Position numbers and translations under genes: made by a program. From a virus (lineage: Duplodnaviria > Caudoviricetes), in the IMG/VR virus record IMGVR_UViG_3300037756_000054, positions 1 to 60,897 of that record: a stretch of 60,897 bases of DNA; one strand, written 5' to 3'. The notes below the pieces were generated by a model. It did not search any database and had not been told where the DNA came from. It saw only the letters and a program-made list of their open reading frames with translations. The stretch's first letter is position 1. Each line of letters starts with the position of its first letter. Below, one piece after another: positions 9,824-18,013 of the stretch.

Positions 9824-10293
9824 TCCCCTGCCTCCTTGTCGTCCAGCGCCGCGAACACGGTGGCCATGGCGTTGTTCCAGCCGAGGCCGTCGAACTGATT
9901 GATCAGTTCGTCGCCGCGCTTCACGAACGGGATCTCCCGAACCCTTGCGATGGCGGTAGCCAGGACTGCCACTTCCTGCGCCAATCTCAGAGAATCAGTT
10001 CGCTCCTTGGCCAGTTCAGTGCGGGACCGGTCGACCCACCGCAGTAGCGAAACGATCCGGGGTCCCCAGTCACGGTCTCCGCTGTCCTCCACCGTCGGGA
10101 AGATGTTCTCTGGCCAATGCTCATCCAGGAGCGACATGAGGCCGTCCCACGAGTGCAGGCGGTCGACCTCGGCCAGCAGCGCGGGAACGTCATCAGCTGA
10201 CGCGGTGAGCCCTTCGAGGCTGGCGTATGCGGCGGCCGGGCGGGACCTTTCCCGGATCTTCTCCAGATCTTCAGGGGACAGTGGGTCAGACAT
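9820..10293 (-). CDS. Ead/Ea22-like protein
   Basis: LEKIRER...DVPALLAEVDRL motif. Confidence 0.55.
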   Translation of the reverse strand: MSDPLSPEDLEKIRERSRPAAAYASLEGLTASADDVPALLAEVDRLHSWDGLMSLLDEHWPENIFPTVEDSGDRDWGPRIVSLLRWVDRSRTELAKERTDSLRLAQEVAVLATAIARVREIPFVKRGDELINQFDGLGWNNAMATVFAALDDKEAGE

Positions 10294-10768
10294 TGGTGTC
10301 TCCGTTCTCATCAAGGGCGCGGGCGGATTGGGTCAGGCATGGTTCATGCTGGTGCCCGAGCGCCGGGTCCAGGGCGGTTTCCATGTAGAGCGCCGGGCAC
10401 TCGCAGTGGTGCCGGAGCACAACCCCGGTGTCAGGGTCAATGGCTGTCCCCCGGTCCGGGTCGTCGCATTCGCAGAGTTGTCCCGCGAGTTTCAGCCCAC
10501 GATCGAGTTGGGCGGCCAGGCGGGTGTTTTCGTCCAGCAGGTACCGGAGGTCATCCGGGGCGTTGGCGATCAGTTCAGCGTCCTGGTGGGCCGTTCCACC
10601 TTCAGGGCCGTAACCGGTGGTGGCCACCTCCATGCTGGACGCCGCATCGACCCGGTGCGACACGTCACCCCAGGATTTTTCACTGCGGCGGCTCCACGGC
10701 TGGCTTGACGCGGCTTCCACGCGTTCCCGGATCTGTGCGGTGCGGTCGGTGTCAGTCACTGTGGCCAC
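10286..10768 (-). CDS. Ead/Ea22-like protein
   Basis: IRERVEAASSQPW...DAELIANAPDDLRYLLDE motif. Confidence 0.6.
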   Translation of the reverse strand: MATVTDTDRTAQIRERVEAASSQPWSRRSEKSWGDVSHRVDAASSMEVATTGYGPEGGTAHQDAELIANAPDDLRYLLDENTRLAAQLDRGLKLAGQLCECDDPDRGTAIDPDTGVVLRHHCECPALYMETALDPALGHQHEPCLTQSARALDENGDTNV

Positions 10769-10980
10769 CCTCCAGCGAATGCGGCTATTGCATCAGCGCC
10801 ACTCCCGAACGCGTAATGCAAATACCCGCCCGCCTCGTGGGGCGAACGGACCTGCCAGTAACCCTCGGGGAGCTTCCGTACCCTCCATTTGTTGTCGCAG
10901 GTGCAGGGGGGATAGACGTAATCGCCGTAGTTCCCGACCTGGTACCAGGTCCCGGCGAGGCAGCCGTTGGTGTGCTTCAT
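10756..10980 (-). CDS. hypothetical protein
   Basis: Hairpin plus AAGGA SD upstream. Confidence 0.6.
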   Translation of the reverse strand: MKHTNGCLAGTWYQVGNYGDYVYPPCTCDNKWRVRKLPEGYWQVRSPHEAGGYLHYAFGSGADAIAAFAGGWPQ

Positions 10981-11080
10981 CGTTCGGTCCTTTCCTTGCT
11001 GGGTTGCGGCCTGTCCGGTCGCAACTGTGGTGTTTTCGCTGGTCAGTGGCCAGAGATTTACTTGACGGGTACTTGCTTCG

Positions 11081-11160
11081 TGGGCTGGCTGGGAATCGAA
11101 CCCAGCTCCACCGAGCGTTCCCCGGTGTCACATCCAAGGACGGCGCGTCCGCCTCAGCCC
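11081..11160 (-). ncRNA. tRNA-like element 1 (degenerate)
   Basis: GGGCTG/CAGCCC acceptor; GCTGGG-TTCGATT-CCCAGC T-arm; CACCG/CGGTG arm; atypical D region. Confidence 0.65.
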
Positions 11161-11168
11161 GTGTGCCC

Positions 11169-11195
11169 GGTGCCGTACCGGGCGGTAGAGGTCAG
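11169..11195. repeat. intergenic hairpin repeat B
   Basis: GGTGCCGTACCGGGCGGTAGAGGTCAG is identical at 16783-16809; the core also occurs at ~16479-16503. Confidence 0.9.
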
Positions 11196-11494
11196 TCGAG
11201 GTAGCGGGAAATGGATTGCTGCTCTACCAGGACAATGCGGTGCAGGTTCCGCAGCTGCCGCAGGGCGGCCGAGAACGTCTCTTCCATGTCCCGCAAGGAC
11301 TGTGAATTCGGGTCGTAGTCGGTTCCGTGGTTCCTGTCGAGCAGGTGCCCAGGGACGCGCCTAACCATGGCCAGACAGTGCTGTGCTTGCGTCACACCTT
11401 CGGCGATTGCCTTGAGTTTTTCAAGGTTGCACTCTCCGTGCTGTCGCCAAGCTGCATCGTGTTCGGCTGTTTCGGTCTCAAGATCGTTGCTCAT
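11192..11494 (-). CDS. hypothetical early protein
   Basis: GAAGGAG SD after hairpin repeat A. Confidence 0.7.
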   Translation of the reverse strand: MSNDLETETAEHDAAWRQHGECNLEKLKAIAEGVTQAQHCLAMVRRVPGHLLDRNHGTDYDPNSQSLRDMEETFSAALRQLRNLHRIVLVEQQSISRYLD

Positions 11495-11500
11495 GTCGTG

Positions 11501-11539
11501 CTCCTTCGGTTGTGGTGGCCGGAGAGCCGGGCTCCGGCC
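11501..11539. repeat. intergenic hairpin+SD repeat A
   Basis: CTCCTTCGGTTGTGG(TGG)CCGGAGAGCCGGGCTCCGGCC; also at ~17085-17120. Confidence 0.9.
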
Positions 11540-11545
11540 GGTGGG

Positions 11546-11767
11546 TTAGGTGGCGTCCAAGCTGGTCACGAAGTCGTGGATTTCCTGGCCGATCTCAGCG
11601 AGTTCCAGAATCCGTTCCGGCTGTTCGATGTCGATGTCGCCGTCTGCGAAGAGATTCACCTGAACCCGAGTCGGGTCTTCGCTGTCGACAACGAACTGAA
11701 CGTTCCCGATAGTGAGTTTCAGGATCTGTTTGTTGATGCGTTCGATGTGGAATCGGTCGTCGCTCAT
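11546..11767 (-). CDS. hypothetical early protein
   Basis: CGGAGA SD after a hairpin. Confidence 0.7.
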   Translation of the reverse strand: MSDDRFHIERINKQILKLTIGNVQFVVDSEDPTRVQVNLFADGDIDIEQPERILELAEIGQEIHDFVTSLDAT

Positions 11768-11850
11768 GGTGTTCTCCGTTCTGGGTGGCCCGGCGGGGGC
11801 AGCGAGTCTGCGCAGGTTGCGGGTCGCATAGCCCCGCCGGGGGCTTGTGT

Positions 11851-11994
11851 GAGAACCGGGGTCCTGAGCGGGGTCGGGTGCAGGGCGGTTACTACTCCAC
11901 CGGTGCATGTCGCCAGATGCCTCTGGCGGTCCGGCGCCGATCCTGCTTCCATCGGCCTCCCCGGCACCCGGCCCCTATCAGAGCCTCGGTTCCC
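11851..11994 (-). ncRNA. candidate structured RNA (long stem with multibranch head)
   Basis: Nested pairings GGGAACCGAGG/CCCCGGTTCTC and GGGGCCGGGTGCCGGG/CCCTGCACCCGACCCC, plus internal hairpins; no convincing ORF. Confidence 0.55.
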
Positions 11995-12130
11995 TGTGTA
12001 GTTGTTGTTGCTATGTCTCTACGATACACTTAGTGTGAACAATCATCCATACTTTGGGGAGGTGAATTCTATGAATGAACAATCGTCTACCTACACTGAC
12101 CGAACGGTTGACCCAGGTACCCTGACCGAC

Positions 12131-12331
12131 ATGCCCGGCCCACGCACCGACCCCGACATTCCTGACCTCGTCAACCTCACCGACGCGGCCAAGATCCTGA
12201 ACGTCGCCAAATCGCGGGCACACGTCCTCGTTCAGGACGGGAAACTGCCCGGCCAGAAGGTCGGCGGCACGTGGGTGTTCCGGCGGGCCTTGGTCGAGGA
12301 ACTCCGCCCGAAGATCGGGAAGCGCGAATAG
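12131..12331 (+). CDS. HTH_17/excisionase-like DNA-binding protein
   Basis: LVNLTDAAKILNVAKSRAHVLVQDGKLPGQKVGGTWVF; start could be 12071. Confidence 0.8.
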   Translation: MPGPRTDPDIPDLVNLTDAAKILNVAKSRAHVLVQDGKLPGQKVGGTWVFRRALVEELRPKIGKRE

Positions 12332-12333
12332 GC

Positions 12334-13332
12334 TCATGCGGCATGCTCCAACAGCATCGCGAACGCCGCAGCGCCCTGCTGAGGGACAACACCGTTGCCC
12401 AGGGCGTGCAACTGCTGGTTACGCGACAGGCCCGGCACATCCGTGACGTGGCCAGCCGGCAGACCCATCAGGAATTCCACAAACCTGGGGGTGAGTCGCT
12501 GACCGTTCCGGCCGGCATGTGTTGCTGATGGTGCTGGCCTTCCGGTGATGTGTTCCCACCGGGCGATGGCGGCGGCGTATTTCCCCCATCGATCCGCACT
12601 GCCAGCGACGGGAGTGTCAGATCTCCGCTGGATCCGCGCTGGTTCGGGCCACCCTTGGTTCCATCGGTGGCTCTGGGCGTCGGTAGTAGCCGGATGGCTT
12701 CGTTCAGATCGGTCCCCCGAGGGTTCGGATCGCATCCCCGGCCATCCCGCGCCCTGGGTGTCGGTAGAAGAGATACCACTGTCCGCAAGTCCGGACCGCC
12801 CGTTCCATGCAGCCCGACGCCGTTCGTGTCGCTGGTTCGCGGTGTAGGCAACAATGAAGACCCGTTCGCGCTGGTGGGCGGCACCGACGGCGGATGCTCG
12901 TAGAGTCCTCCACGATCCCATGTACCCGAGCGCGGCCAGTCCGTGAACGACACTGGCCATAGCGTTCCCGCCTCCAATAGACAGCAACCTAGGGACGTTC
13001 TCGAACAGGCACAACCGGGGTCGTGTTGCCATGTTGCCAATAGCTCGCGTGATGTCATCGAATAGCCATCTGTCGTCGTGGATACCGGCACCGTGGCCGG
13101 CGGCTGAGATTGGTTGGCACGGGAACCCGGCCGTCAGGATGTCGACCGGTTCGACCTGCGACCAGTCCACGGTTCGGATGTCGCCCAGGTTGGGGACGGT
13201 CGGGTGGTGGTGGGCGAGGATCAGTGAGGCGCCAGGGTCGGGGTCGGCCACCCACGCCAGCTCAGCGGGAACAACGGATTGGACGGCCATGTCGAGCCCT
13301 CCATACCCGGAACACATTGAACCGATCCTCAC
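12334..13332 (-). CDS. C5-cytosine DNA methyltransferase
   Basis: Motif I SMCSGYGG, IV GFPCQ, VI ENV, VIII HQRERVF, X LGNGVVPQQ. Confidence 0.92.
   Translation of the reverse strand: MRIGSMCSGYGGLDMAVQSVVPAELAWVADPDPGASLILAHHHPTVPNLGDIRTVDWSQVEPVDILTAGFPCQPISAAGHGAGIHDDRWLFDDITRAIGNMATRPRLCLFENVPRLLSIGGGNAMASVVHGLAALGYMGSWRTLRASAVGAAHQRERVFIVAYTANQRHERRRAAWNGRSGLADSGISSTDTQGAGWPGMRSEPSGDRSERSHPATTDAQSHRWNQGWPEPARIQRRSDTPVAGSADRWGKYAAAIARWEHITGRPAPSATHAGRNGQRLTPRFVEFLMGLPAGHVTDVPGLSRNQQLHALGNGVVPQQGAAAFAMLLEHAA
12468..13058 (-). CDS. nested alternative-frame ORF with three LLPTP repeats (putative MTase specificity subunit)
   Basis: WPRSG and 3x LLPTPRxxD in a different frame inside the MTase gene. 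Confidence 0.6.
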   Translation of the reverse strand: MTSRELLATWQHDPGCACSRTSLGCCLLEAGTLWPVSFTDWPRSGTWDRGGLYEHPPSVPPTSANGSSLLPTPRTSDTNGVGLHGTGGPDLRTVVSLLPTPRARDGRGCDPNPRGTDLNEAIRLLPTPRATDGTKGGPNQRGSSGDLTLPSLAVRIDGGNTPPPSPGGNTSPEGQHHQQHMPAGTVSDSPPGLWNS

Positions 13333-13826
13333 GGCCGCCCGCTAATTCCCCAGCCACACAACCGGGCGGCGTCAACGATCCGCTGCGGGGTCACGTTGTC
13401 GCGTAGTTTCACCAGCGTGTGTGGTGTGGAGATTCTGACGTACCACCGCAGACCGTCGTGTCCATAACGGATAGTTTCGGCGGTTACTTCTACGATCACG
13501 CTCGGGTGGTTGGTTTCCCATGTGGTCATACCGCGAGCCCGGTAGGTGCGCCGGAATCCCAGGAGCCGTGCCCACCGGATCAGATCCCGGACCGTCACCG
13601 GCTCCGGTTCGGCGTGCCCGAGGTCGCCGTCGCAGCGCATCCCCAAAGCACCGATGTGCGGGCAGCCGCCATCAGTGGCGTGCGTGAAGTGCGTTCCGTC
13701 GGATGGCTCACGCAGTTTCGCTGTGGCGCGATTCATCATCGATTCGGCTATCTGCCGGCCACGCTCGACATCGCCGCGCCGGATCTGGATCGGGTTGGTC
13801 TGCGGTTCGGCCAGTGGGTCACGCAT
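13329..13826 (-). CDS. hypothetical protein
   Basis: AAGGAG SD. Confidence 0.55.
   Translation of the reverse strand: MRDPLAEPQTNPIQIRRGDVERGRQIAESMMNRATAKLREPSDGTHFTHATDGGCPHIGALGMRCDGDLGHAEPEPVTVRDLIRWARLLGFRRTYRARGMTTWETNHPSVIVEVTAETIRYGHDGLRWYVRISTPHTLVKLRDNVTPQRIVDAARLCGWGISGRP
13786..13817. repeat. 32-bp exact direct repeat (copy at 21169-21200)
   Basis: TGGATCGGGTTGGTCTGCGGTTCGGCCAGTGG; encodes PLAEPQTNPI at two gene starts. Confidence 0.9.
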
Positions 13827-14091
13827 CGCGCGTCTCCTTCGTTAGCTCGGCCATCGCCGGGTACAGGCTGGGTATCAATCGGCAAGCGGAGATGACCTCA
13901 GCGCGGATGTCGGCGTCCGAGGGGATCGGGTCATTGAGGTGGGCACCCCGCACGTACCCCATAACAGCGGCTTCACCGACGAGACGTTGTTCGCGTTCGG
14001 TCATCGCGGCCAGGGTCCGGGCCACGTCGTCGGCGCGGTCCTGGTCTCTGGCGGCCAGATAGGCGACCAGATCAGCGGGAATCTCAGTCAT
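13819..14091 (-). CDS. hypothetical protein
   Basis: ATGA overlap. Confidence 0.6.
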   Translation of the reverse strand: MTEIPADLVAYLAARDQDRADDVARTLAAMTEREQRLVGEAAVMGYVRGAHLNDPIPSDADIRAEVISACRLIPSLYPAMAELTKETRDA

Positions 14092-14462
14092 CGGTTTGAC
14101 CGCCGATCGATCGCTTCGGCCCATGCCACAGCCACGGCCGCGACCTGGATCAGCTCGGCGCGGATCTTGACCGGGTCCGCCTCTGCGAGAGCTTCGTAGA
14201 CCTCTTCGAGGAGCACGCCGTCCCAAGCGGTGCACGCCTCGGCAGGGTCGCGGTACTTGACCTCGCAGCCGTCCCCGGCGCGCCGGGCGTTGATCTCTTT
14301 CCAGCGGTCAGCACGGAAGGCGTACTCGTTGCGGACGACGCTGCCGATGTCGTGCGGATCGAGGTCGGGGTGGTTCTGCTCGCCCCACTTCGCGTCCTGG
14401 CGGGCGCGCTCGTCGGCGATCTCGTCGAGAACGGGCCTATTGCGGATCTTCGGGTAGGTCAT
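14088..14462 (-). CDS. MazG-like nucleotide pyrophosphohydrolase
   Basis: ERARQDAKWGEQNH...LLEEVYEA...RAELIQVAAVAVAW. Confidence 0.75.
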   Translation of the reverse strand: MTYPKIRNRPVLDEIADERARQDAKWGEQNHPDLDPHDIGSVVRNEYAFRADRWKEINARRAGDGCEVKYRDPAEACTAWDGVLLEEVYEALAEADPVKIRAELIQVAAVAVAWAEAIDRRSNR

Positions 14463-14755
14463 CGGCCCGCCTCCTCGATGGCGGCGGCGCGGGAGGCGAT
14501 ATCCGTCAACAACGCCACCTCCAGGCTCGGGTCTGCGGCCAGCAGGTGATCCACTTCGGCGCGGCCTGGCAGGATCCCGGATGCGATATCCCGCAGCACC
14601 TCGGCGGCGATGAGCGGCGCGACCTTCCGGACGATCGCTTTCGCCACCTCGATGTCGAACTCGTCCGGAGAGCTGACGTGCGGGTAGTTACCCGCGTCGC
14701 GGGCCTCCATCTCCACATCGATTACCGCCTGCTCGGCAGGAGTCAAATCATTCAT
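14459..14755 (-). CDS. hypothetical protein
   Basis: ATGA overlaps. Confidence 0.55.
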   Translation of the reverse strand: MNDLTPAEQAVIDVEMEARDAGNYPHVSSPDEFDIEVAKAIVRKVAPLIAAEVLRDIASGILPGRAEVDHLLAADPSLEVALLTDIASRAAAIEEAGR

Positions 14756-15222
14756 GGGTTCACCTTCATTGGAGGGTCATCGGTTTTCGGTGGCGAATAC
14801 TTTTCGGCCTCGGTGGCCAGGTACTCGGCAGCAGCAGGCACGGTTTCCGCGAGCCTGGCCAGCGCCTCGAAACGGTCGAGGGCGATGTTCATCCACCCCT
14901 CCGCCCGCTGCCGGTCCCGTTCCCGCGACAGCGCCATCTCGTGCAGCGGCGACGGGTACGACCCGAACGACCGGTCAATGTGTTTGACCGCCCACGCTTC
15001 GGCTTCGATCTGTTCGGGTGTCCCGTTGGAGAACATCCAACCGGCGTCACGGTCGATGTCGTATGACCCGCAATCAGGTCCCCGGCAGTCGCCGTGTGCC
15101 GTCCAGTACTCGGGGTCCGGCAGTGGTACGGAGTAGAACCGGATGCCACAGGTGGCGCACCTAGACACCAGAACAGGGACACCCAGGTGGTTGATTGTCG
15201 CGTACTGCGGAGTGCTGGTCAT
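14752..15222 (-). CDS. hypothetical protein with Zn ribbon
   Basis: CATC...CRGPDC; GGAGG SD. Confidence 0.55.
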   Translation of the reverse strand: MTSTPQYATINHLGVPVLVSRCATCGIRFYSVPLPDPEYWTAHGDCRGPDCGSYDIDRDAGWMFSNGTPEQIEAEAWAVKHIDRSFGSYPSPLHEMALSRERDRQRAEGWMNIALDRFEALARLAETVPAAAEYLATEAEKYSPPKTDDPPMKVNP

Positions 15223-15290
15223 TCGTCGTCCTCCGTGCACGGCTGGTCGGGGAAGCAGTTCGTACCCGGGTCACAGCCGTCCCCGTGGTC
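15223..15290. repeat. 68-bp exact direct repeat (copy at 21448-21515)
   Basis: Identical sequence encoding DHGDGCDPGTNCFPDQPCTEDD. Confidence 0.92.
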
Positions 15291-15316
15291 ACAGACGAGG
15301 ATCGGGACCGTGCTTT

Positions 15317-15748
15317 TCATGACGTGGCCTCCGGCAGCTTGATCGTGATGTCAGCGCGGGACGCGAGGTCGGCGACGAGTTCGGCCATGGTTTCGGCTTC
15401 CTCGTCGGTCATTTCTTCGCATTCCTCGACGTGCTGCACCTCGTAGGCCAGGCTGTAGCAGTCCAGCCGGGCGGCGTTCAGCATCAGCTCGGTGGTGACG
15501 TGGGGTGCGAGTTTCCGCATCGCGTCAGTAGCCGGTGCGTACAGATGTTGCGGCACCAGCACGTCACGCGCGCAGGTGGTGCCGTCGTCAAACTCGACAA
15601 CTACCTGGACCCACCGCCTGGTGTATGCGGTAGCGGGGATGGCCTTGAGTGCCACTGTCGTAACGGTGATGATGGATCCACGCCAGCGGATCTGGTCGCC
15701 GGGTTCAAGGTCACCCCAGCGGGTCACTTTGCGGTCGGTGTCAGGCAT
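15317..15748 (-). CDS. hypothetical protein (SH3-like N-terminus)
   Basis: DLEPGDQI motif. Confidence 0.55.
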   Translation of the reverse strand: MPDTDRKVTRWGDLEPGDQIRWRGSIITVTTVALKAIPATAYTRRWVQVVVEFDDGTTCARDVLVPQHLYAPATDAMRKLAPHVTTELMLNAARLDCYSLAYEVQHVEECEEMTDEEAETMAELVADLASRADITIKLPEATS

Positions 15749-15820
15749 CGGAACCCCCGAAAGCGACCGCGACGACGAATACAACGGCGACAACAACACC
15801 GAGGCAGATCTGTGCGGCGG

Positions 15821-15967
15821 TCATCGTCCAGCCCTTTCCTTGGTGCGCATGAATTCCTCAACCGGCGCGTACCCACGGGGGTCCGCAGCCACCAGCTGTT
15901 CCTGTCGCTCGAGCGCTTCCCAATACCGTTCATCGCGGCGCGCCTTGCTGTTGTTCTTGCGGCTCAT
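15821..15967 (-). CDS. small hypothetical protein
   Basis: AAAGGAG SD directly after tRNA-like element 3. Confidence 0.55.
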   Translation of the reverse strand: MSRKNNSKARRDERYWEALERQEQLVAADPRGYAPVEEFMRTKERAGR

Positions 15968-15991
15968 GGTGAGCTCCTTTCGTTGTTCTAG

Positions 15992-16076
15992 CGCCCTTGC
16001 GAGGTATCGAGCCTCGCCTCCCACCGGGTGTGGTGGACTCCCCGCGACCTATCCGGGTCGCACTCCATGGAGGGCG
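15992..16076 (-). ncRNA. tRNA-like element 3 (degenerate)
   Basis: CGCCCT/AGGGCG acceptor; GCGAGG-CTCGATA-CCTCGC T-like arm; CCACC-ACACCC-GGTGG arm; GCGACC/GGTCGC arm. Confidence 0.55.
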
Positions 16077-16106
16077 TGTGCCCGGGGTGCGGCCCGGGCA
16101 GGATGG

Positions 16107-16376
16107 TCAGGTGGTGCGCCTGTACTTGGTCACGACCGTCTCGAAAGGCTCCACCTCTACGGCTTCAACCTCGCTGTCCCAGGTGTCCTGTTCCTGTTCC
16201 TCGGTCGAACCGACTTTGTAGGCGACGCTCCACAGCTTGTCGTCGTACTTGAATACGGCCTCGTGCACGTCGTACCAGCGGCGTTGGTCGATCAGCTCGG
16301 TGTGGACTACTGAGTCGCCTCCGGCATCGATTTCGAGCTCTTCCAGTTGCTCGCGGGTGAATGTGCGTTTGGTCAT
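16107..16376 (-). CDS. acidic hypothetical early protein
   Basis: AGGAG SD after tRNA-like element 2. Confidence 0.7.
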   Translation of the reverse strand: MTKRTFTREQLEELEIDAGGDSVVHTELIDQRRWYDVHEAVFKYDDKLWSVAYKVGSTEEQEQDTWDSEVEAVEVEPFETVVTKYRRTT

Positions 16377-16403
16377 TTTGTGCTCCTATTCGGTTGTCTC
16401 TTG

Positions 16404-16477
16404 TGGGCTGGCGGGAATCGAACCCGCGTCTCCGGCGTACATTCCGGCCGACTTATTCCAATTGGTCGATCAGCCCA
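16404..16477 (-). ncRNA. tRNA-like element 2 (cloverleaf with 8-nt anticodon loop; possibly pseudo-tRNA-Tyr GTA)
   Basis: 7-bp acceptor TGGGCTG/CAGCCCA; CGAC/GTCG D stem with GG loop; CCGG-AATGTACG-CCGG; GCGGG-TTCGATT-CCCGC. Confidence 0.75.
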
Positions 16478-16507
16478 TGTGTGCCCGGTGCCGTACCGGG
16501 CGGGTGG

Positions 16508-16762
16508 CTACTTGAACGGCTCGATCTTGGCTTGCTCGTTCTCCACAATGCGGCGGATATCCCGCAAGTGACGATGAGCCTCTTCCACGTGGTGCCGCAT
16601 GTCAGCGACCGCTTCGGGGGACACTTCCCCGTCAACAGCGATCATGTCGGCGGTGAGCCATCCCAGGGCGGGTGGCATATCCATCAGGTTGAGTTCGGCG
16701 CCAAGCACGGCAGTGGACAGGGTGCTCAGGTGTTTCAAACTGGCTTCTGCGATGTCGTACAT
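16508..16762 (-). CDS. hypothetical early protein
   Basis: AAGGAG SD. Confidence 0.7.
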   Translation of the reverse strand: MYDIAEASLKHLSTLSTAVLGAELNLMDMPPALGWLTADMIAVDGEVSPEAVADMRHHVEEAHRHLRDIRRIVENEQAKIEPFK

Positions 16763-16805
16763 TTCGTTCTCCTTGGATTGGTGGTGCCGTACCGGGCGGT
16801 AGAGG

Positions 16806-17078
16806 TCAGGTTTGCTTGTTGCGGTTCGCGGCCAAAGCGGCGTCGTAGAGACGGTCGTACTCGTTCACGTGCTCCGCGTTCGCGGACTTCCGCATTGATG
16901 CGGCGTGAGCACTAGCAGCCTGCTTATCCAGCGCGGTCAACGCGGGGTGGTCGAAATATCTGGCCGGGTAATGCTCCACGGCATACTCGGCGCCTTCCCA
17001 GTCGCGTTTGTGCTGGTGCAGGATGGCCGCGCCTTTATCCAGGTCGGACATTTCGCTCCACGTTGGCAAAGCGGTCAT
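16806..17078 (-). CDS. hypothetical early protein
   Basis: GAAGGAG SD after repeat A. Confidence 0.7.
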   Translation of the reverse strand: MTALPTWSEMSDLDKGAAILHQHKRDWEGAEYAVEHYPARYFDHPALTALDKQAASAHAASMRKSANAEHVNEYDRLYDAALAANRNKQT

Positions 17079-17130
17079 TTCGTTCTCCTTCGGTTGTGGC
17101 CGGAGAGCCGGGCTCCGGCCAGGTGGGTGG

Positions 17131-17325
17131 TTATTCCGGGCCTCTCGGGTCCCATTCGCTGCCGTTGAGGTCATGCGCCTCCACGTAATCGACGAGTTCG
17201 TCCAGCGCCCGCTGTTCCTCTTCCACTGTCTCGACGATGACGGCGTCATACGCCACAGCTGCGTCGGCGTAGGCGCTGCGGAGCCGACGCAGCTGGGTCA
17301 CATTCGGTTTGTCGCTGGCGGTCAT
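17131..17325 (-). CDS. hypothetical early protein
   Basis: CGGAGA SD after a hairpin. Confidence 0.7.
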   Translation of the reverse strand: MTASDKPNVTQLRRLRSAYADAAVAYDAVIVETVEEEQRALDELVDYVEAHDLNGSEWDPRGPE

Positions 17326-17387
17326 TTCCGTCTCCGTTCTGGGTGGCCCGGCTCCTCCGTGCGGAGCCGGGCGGGTTGGTTACTTAC

Positions 17388-17651
17388 TCAGCCGTCGTAT
17401 GCCTCGCCGTCGCCGCCATACAGCGGCTCACGCTCGTCGTCGTCCTCTGTGGCGGGCATGTTCAGGGCGGTGATCGCGGTACGTACCCGCTCCCGGCACG
17501 CCTCCACCTCGCCGGGCGTCGCAGCCAAGTTGGATTCCTCGACACCCAGGTAGCCCAGAGCCATCACCAATTCGATGCGGACCTCTTTGGGGGCGTGCTC
17601 CTCGGCGTACTGGACGACCCTCCACATGTCCTCGCGGTTGAGGTCATTCAT
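17388..17651 (-). CDS. acidic hypothetical early protein
   Basis: Hairpin plus AAAGG upstream. Confidence 0.65.
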   Translation of the reverse strand: MNDLNREDMWRVVQYAEEHAPKEVRIELVMALGYLGVEESNLAATPGEVEACRERVRTAITALNMPATEDDDEREPLYGGDGEAYDG

Positions 17652-17700
17652 TTCGGGGCCCTTTCTGGGTAGCGGCGGGGGTGCGGCCCCGCCGGGCGGT

Positions 17701-17907
17701 TTAGGTGTAGATCTCGACGCGCTTGTTGCCAGGTGTGGCGATGGGGAAGTCATAGCTGTCCAGGTATTTGATGTGAACCCATCCGTGTCGGTCGGGAGTG
17801 GATACGGATTCGACAGTGGATTCTCCGTCGATGGCGCCGTTTGCGTGGCGGGAAATGATCGTGTTGCCGGTCGTCAGCTGGTCGGCGGTGGTTTTCTTGG
17901 TGTTCAT
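17701..17907 (-). CDS. hypothetical early protein
   Basis: First gene after the 17954-17982 promoter. Confidence 0.6.
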   Translation of the reverse strand: MNTKKTTADQLTTGNTIISRHANGAIDGESTVESVSTPDRHGWVHIKYLDSYDFPIATPGNKRVEIYT

Positions 17908-17953
17908 GGGGGACCCAATTCCGGTAGTCAGTTTCGATTCTCTGTTACGATAC

Positions 17954-17982
17954 ATAGTAGCGGAACTATTCAAGTTCCGCAA
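17954..17982 (-). promoter_or_regulatory. promoter with overlapping palindromic operator
   Basis: TTGCGG-17-TACTAT; palindrome GCGGAACT-N5-AGTTCCGC at 17960-17980. Confidence 0.65.
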
Positions 17983-18013
17983 CCCCGTATCGATACGCCG
18001 GTACAATCCGGCC

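Noticed and set aside
11851-11994. Hammerhead ribozyme or SRP RNA identity (CTGATAG, GGAAGCAG)
   Set aside because: The hammerhead CUGANGA/GAAA core and the SRP GNRA-capped helix are not present.
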